Part shown: positions 62,512-64,000 of the stretch, piece after piece
Position numbering within the stretch: position 1 is the first letter of the stretch
How the letters are laid out: every line of letters starts with the position of its first letter
From: a virus
IMG/VR virus record: IMGVR_UViG_3300045988_144346
Coordinates: 1 to 64,000 of that record
Length of the DNA: 64,000 bases
Direction: 5' to 3' (one strand)
The notes under the pieces: model-generated
What the model was told of the DNA's origin: nothing
The model's database searches: none
What the model saw: only the letters and a program-made list of their open reading frames with translations
Program-made: the position numbers and the translations under genes

Positions 62512-62570
62512 GGTTGCAAAACGGCCGCCTGGACGGCATATAAAGCATAAAGCAAAAGGAGGTCACTACC
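62512..62570 (+). promoter_or_regulatory. TTGCAA-N17-CATATA element copy b, plus leader/RBS
   Basis: GGTTGCAA 62512-62519, 17-nt spacer, CATATA 62537-62542. Positions 62534-62566 are identical to 8625-8657. Confidence 0.6.
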
Positions 62571-63794
62571 ATGACACAGAACAAAACCGAGTCCATCCGC
62601 TTCTACTACAACGGCCTGCGCGTCAACGGCGAGCGCAAGCTCACCCGCTGCTGCTATACCATGGATAACCGCCACGACGGCGCCGAGTGCGTCACGATCT
62701 ACGCGACGGGCTACGACGACCTCCCGCGCGACATTTTCCCCGTAGAGAACAACAGCGACAGCTATACCGATTATTTCGAGAACGACAGCGCCACGCTTTT
62801 CCCCGATCATCCCCTCTATAAATTCGCCCGCTATGCGGCGATGAAGGCGAACACGCGCGGCAACGCCGAGAGCATCGAGCGCGTGAGCAAAGAGATCGCC
62901 GGCATGGGTCGCGAGCCGTGGGCCGGTTATATCGACGCGCGCAAGGCCAACGTTGCCCGCTGGCAGCGGGAGATCGCCGACTTCAACGCCGCCGAAGATC
63001 CCGGCCAGCCGACCGCCGCCGACGTGGAAGCGTGCCACGCTCTCCGCCTTGCCGAAGAGAACGCCCGCCGCGAAAAAGAGCACGAGGAAGCGCTTCAGCG
63101 CCGGGAAAAGGCGCTGAACGAACAGAACAACGGCCGCCGCTTCATCGAGCAGACCGCCGCCGAGCATCCCATCGAGGAGGGGCAGCCGGTCGTGCGCATC
63201 CATTGGAGCGAGCACCCCGCGTTCTACGGCTGGAAGGATGACGAGCTGGTGCTTTCCGTCGCCGCCGCCGAGATCGTTCTCAAGACGTTCGACGAGCAGA
63301 AGCGCGACGAAAACGGCGGATACTACAAGACAAAATTCTCCATCGAGGAGGACGGCGAACTCGTCTACGGCGGCGGGCGCTACGATCTCGGCGACGGGGA
63401 CGGCGGCCTGTGCGAGCACATCCGCGCCTTTGGCCGTCACCTGATGGAGCGCGGGCAGTTCGGGCAGGGGGCAACGGAGGAGAACAAGCAGGAAGGCGCG
63501 AAGATCGTCGAATTTGCGAACCGTCTCCAGAGCTACACGCCCGGCGGCTATATTGAGAGCGTCGAGCCGGCGCCTTATATGAATGATGTATTGGAAACTC
63601 TGCAGAAAAAGAGAGAGGAAGAAGCCGACAACCTTTCCGCGCTGATCCGTCTCCTGCCGGACGAGGGCATCATCGGCATGGCCTCCGACCTTGCCAAGAA
63701 CGGCTCGCCGGAGACGGCGCGGTACGTCCTCCTGCAGCTTGCGCAGCGCGACAAGAAGAAGGCCGCCGAAGCCGCGCGAAGTCTCGGATTGTGA
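62571..63794 (+). CDS. Large hypothetical protein; I recall similar proteins from conjugative/mobile elements of Clostridia, but this is not verified
   Basis: 407-aa ORF with balanced composition; central charged coiled region; WSEHPAFYG segment. Confidence 0.5.
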   Translation: MTQNKTESIRFYYNGLRVNGERKLTRCCYTMDNRHDGAECVTIYATGYDDLPRDIFPVENNSDSYTDYFENDSATLFPDHPLYKFARYAAMKANTRGNAESIERVSKEIAGMGREPWAGYIDARKANVARWQREIADFNAAEDPGQPTAADVEACHALRLAEENARREKEHEEALQRREKALNEQNNGRRFIEQTAAEHPIEEGQPVVRIHWSEHPAFYGWKDDELVLSVAAAEIVLKTFDEQKRDENGGYYKTKFSIEEDGELVYGGGRYDLGDGDGGLCEHIRAFGRHLMERGQFGQGATEENKQEGAKIVEFANRLQSYTPGGYIESVEPAPYMNDVLETLQKKREEEADNLSALIRLLPDEGIIGMASDLAKNGSPETARYVLLQLAQRDKKKAAEAARSLGL

Positions 63795-63816
63795 ATAAAT
63801 ATTCTTTATATTATTC

Positions 63817-63847
63817 AGTTGCGAAACGGGCGGCTGCCCGCCATATA
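63817..63847 (+). promoter_or_regulatory. TTGCGA-N17-CATATA element copy e
   Basis: AGTTGCGA 63817-63824, 17-nt spacer, CATATA 63842-63847. Confidence 0.45.
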
Positions 63848-63891
63848 CAGCGTAAAGCCCCGCAAAGCGCGGGGCAGAAAGGGGAAAAAAC

Positions 63892-64000
63892 ATGACCGAT
63901 ACCGAACTTTTGGAGATGGCCGGAATTGCGATCCGGCACGGAGTGCTCAACGTTTACGGGGGGCGGAGCGACGCCGACACGCAGCGCCTGGTTGACAAAA
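63892..64000 (+). CDS. 3'-truncated hypothetical CDS
   Basis: ATG 63892 follows gaaaggggaaaaaac; open to the window end. Confidence 0.4.
   Translation, partial: MTDTELLEMAGIAIRHGVLNVYGGRSDADTQRLVDK

Noticed and set aside
61124-63950. Minus-strand ORFs 61124-62308 (394 aa) and 62457-63950 (497 aa)
   Set aside because: They are antisense shadows of the plus-strand genes 61628-62312 and 62571-63794. Composition is Arg/Ala/Gly-rich, and they run through terminators and promoters.

Overview
The window is GC-rich, densely coded mobile-element DNA with Firmicutes-style GGAGG ribosome-binding sites and many ATGA start/stop overlaps. No rRNA gene, complete tRNA or CRISPR array was found.

Core (about 10.7-52.1 kb): a siphovirus-type temperate phage.
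- The minus strand runs from a Cro-like gene at 49168 to 10748. In order it encodes a solo TnpB insertion with an omega-RNA/right-end hairpin, then YqaJ exonuclease, DUF1351, RecT and SSB.
- Next come a replisome organizer with four internal iterons, DnaB, DUF1064, large terminase, portal, protease/scaffold and capsid.
- The tail genes follow: a 1408-aa tape measure, Dit-like, Tal-like and fibre proteins. A CHAP+CW_7 endolysin and a metallophosphoesterase end the block.
- The plus strand carries the XRE repressor, a membrane-anchored HTH protein and a tyrosine integrase. These end at an att region holding only the 3' T-arm/acceptor/CCA of a tRNA, with its own terminator and flanking short tandem repeats.

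Left flank (1-10.7 kb, plus strand):
- An early-type operon: a Gly/Tyr-repeat protein, SSB, HAD+DUF3310, a family of Zn-ribbon paralogues, and a ThyX-fold-like protein with an in-frame HNH insertion.
- Then RHH and Bro-N antirepressor genes.
- Then a tyrosine recombinase + class-V cysteine desulfurase operon.

Right flank:
- 52.3-57.3 kb (minus strand) is a second early-type operon with Dam methylase, Lar, DUF551 proteins, Zn-ribbon paralogues, ASCH and a sigma-70-family factor.
- An extreme AT-rich island lies at 57.8 kb.
- 58.1-64 kb is visibly GC-richer. It has a RelE/YafQ toxin-antitoxin cassette and single genes each behind its own promoter and terminator.

Main leads:
1. Eight copies of a rigid TTGCAA-N17-CATATA promoter-like element are spread over all modules.
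2. Two of those copies share 33 identical nt and bracket 54 kb, with a recombinase gene abutting the left copy.
3. The att region looks like an unrecombined attP.
4. A roughly 176-bp inverted repeat (about 90% identity) lies 51.5 kb apart.
5. The TnpB/omega-RNA unit sits inside the phage early operon.

Whether the window is one large (>64 kb) element or a nest of several cannot be decided from this sequence alone. All family assignments come from reading motifs by eye, not from database searches.
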